This document shows positions 62,369 to 64,000 of a DNA stretch of 64,000 nucleotides, in pieces. A program made the translations under genes and the position numbers. This DNA comes from a virus (Duplodnaviria; Caudoviricetes). The stretch lies in IMG/VR virus record IMGVR_UViG_3300005683_000068, positions 10,218 to 74,217 of that record. The stretch is one strand, 5' to 3'. The stretch's first letter is position 1, and every line of letters starts with the position of its first letter. The notes beneath the pieces were generated by a model that saw only the letters and a program-made list of their open reading frames with translations, did not search any database and was not told the origin of the DNA.

Positions 62369-64000
62369 TCACTCCTTCGTTAGATTAGAGATACGACCTT
62401 CGCTATCACGTTCAATCTTAATCGTTTGTGATTTCTGTTCAGGAATATGAACATCAATCTTTGGTTGAACATTTACAATTGGAGCAGGAACGTCAATCTT
62501 AACCTCTGGTGCAGCAACATTCACAATGGGTGCTGGTTGTTCTGGTACATTTACAATGATATTTGGAGGAGACTGCTCTGCCATCTGAACCACTGTCGGG
62601 GGCACATTAACATTGATGTTTGTTTGCTGCAAACTACTAGCAATTGCCTTTGGCAGCGATTCAGTCAAAGCATCAGCAAGATTTGCTCCAATTCGTGCCC
62701 CAATACTTGCACCAAGTCCATCTAAAGCGGCACTGGCAAGTTCACCAAATGAAATAGCACCTATGGAAGAAGGTGAAGGTGATTGCCGTGATCGTTGTTC
62801 TGTTTCAAATACAGACATTGCCTTAGCATACGGGACCATTGAAGACTCCTCTAATTGTAAATCCCGTTTGAACTCTGGACTGGGATTGAATGGAGGTTCA
62901 GGAACAAATTGCTTATCACTTGGAGCAGCTTCATTCAAATGTGAATATACACTATTCCCTTGTTGCCTTGCAAGTTCATTTGCCCTATCCCACCAATCCT
63001 TAGCTTCTTTTACTCCCTTGCGAGCAGCCATCTCAACCGACACAGGTGTCCAAGTACAGCGGCAATTATAATCATTCGGGGGTCGAAATTTTTGAAATGT
63101 AGGATCATCTACACGATAGATATTAGTACCATCTAAACCTAATTTTTCAAGTGCAAGATGCTCAGGTCTAACTCTAGCATCGTGGGTTGCTGAATAAGAA
63201 GCGTAAGGAAACGCATCCTTTATCATAGGCTCTTGTACTGCTACATTCTGAGCGTCGCTCATTGCAGACATGATATTAGTGCGAAAAATGTTCTCCAAAT
63301 GTTGTGGAGCAAGGGGACTACCAGCTTTTTCTAAACGCTCGGCAACAACATTGATAAACTCTCTTTGAGATAAACCTTCTTCCAGTGCCTTCTGAAGTTG
63401 ATCCCTCACGTCAGACACAGCATGATCTGTCAAATCGCCAGTGATTGCAAATGCCCCGTCCCGCACAAGTTGTGCTGTTTGCTTATATGTACTGCCAGAA
63501 CCCGCTGTACGGGCTGCTAATACGTTTACAGCAGTGTTTATGACGGGCATTACAACCCTAGGTGGCGTACCTCCTGGGAACAAAATAGCAACCAAATCAT
63601 CCTGGAGATTGGTTGGTTCAATAAACGGAATAGGAGAAATACTAAACGGCACCTGAGCAGCCGTTTGGTTTAACCCAAGAACCGCACCACTAAACATACT
63701 GGAGGTAAGGTCCTGCTCAAGTTGGGGTCGAAGCCCTCTGATTTCTTGCTCTATTAAACCAGCTAAGGATTGCAAATCAACATTCAATGATTTGAATGAT
63801 TTGACCTTAGCAGCCAGTTTAGCAATGTTATGAATTGCAGCTTCGCGTCCCTTATCTACAAAGTCACGGAGCTTCTCAATCTCAGATTTGCCTTTTTCAT
63901 CGTGTTGTGTTGTGATAAGCGATTGTTCTTTTTTGATTCCGAACAATTCATTAAACTGAAGTTCATCTTCGTCATCCCAATCATCCTCATCATCCCAATC
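62369..64000 (-). CDS. Head morphogenesis protein, Mu gpF/SPP1 gp7-like (5' truncated by window)
   Basis: 'ENIFRTN', 'YSATHDARVRPEH', 'PPNDYNCRC'; frame open to base 64000 (DWDDEDDWDDEDELQFNE). Confidence 0.85.
   Translation of the reverse strand, partial: DWDDEDDWDDEDELQFNELFGIKKEQSLITTQHDEKGKSEIEKLRDFVDKGREAAIHNIAKLAAKVKSFKSLNVDLQSLAGLIEQEIRGLRPQLEQDLTSSMFSGAVLGLNQTAAQVPFSISPIPFIEPTNLQDDLVAILFPGGTPPRVVMPVINTAVNVLAARTAGSGSTYKQTAQLVRDGAFAITGDLTDHAVSDVRDQLQKALEEGLSQREFINVVAERLEKAGSPLAPQHLENIFRTNIMSAMSDAQNVAVQEPMIKDAFPYASYSATHDARVRPEHLALEKLGLDGTNIYRVDDPTFQKFRPPNDYNCRCTWTPVSVEMAARKGVKEAKDWWDRANELARQQGNSVYSHLNEAAPSDKQFVPEPPFNPSPEFKRDLQLEESSMVPYAKAMSVFETEQRSRQSPSPSSIGAISFGELASAALDGLGASIGARIGANLADALTESLPKAIASSLQQTNINVNVPPTVVQMAEQSPPNIIVNVPEQPAPIVNVAAPEVKIDVPAPIVNVQPKIDVHIPEQKSQTIKIERDSEGRISNLTKE

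Noticed and set aside
1-64000. Stop-codon reassignment suggested by the odd tRNA
   Set aside because: Long conserved genes are intact under the standard code and all three stops terminate genes at sensible positions.

Overview
64 kb of a lytic-looking tailed dsDNA phage genome, with essentially every real gene on the minus strand. The host is probably a planctomycete (inference from a Pirellulales-type cohesin-like domain, a planctomycete-like CsrA and a papain-type peptidase cassette). In transcription order (right to left): a Mu gpF-like head morphogenesis gene cut by the window edge; a GC-richer fibre/LamG virion module; a consensus sigma70 promoter with a ~500 nt structured leader; an early region (small ORFs, MoxR AAA+ with partner, TraR-like protein, tRNA-Ile(AAU), candidate ncRNAs); a sigma factor and a full replication/recombination module (SNF2 helicase, primase, initiator with iterons, DnaB, beta-clamp, UDG-exonuclease plus PolA, DnaX-like loader, UvsY, SSB, RecA, FEN, Hjc, split SbcCD) containing a PLP enzyme + methyltransferase pair; TPR-glycosyltransferase and csrA; a second virion-fibre module; a PAPS-reductase-like pair; terminase; groES; a membrane/lysis-like cassette (CarF/TMEM189-like desaturase, papain-like protease, Tad2-like protein, HNH, holin-like proteins); then prohead protease/scaffold, decoration protein, major capsid and head-tail connector. 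No integrase, CRISPR array, reverse transcriptase or recognisable endolysin was seen. The most striking items are the phage-borne lipid desaturase, the AAU-anticodon tRNA, a 25 bp perfect inverted repeat enclosing the first early gene, several unexplained structured RNAs, a cassette-built protease polyprotein and the MTase-PLP pair. All family calls come from motif recognition by eye, not from database searches.
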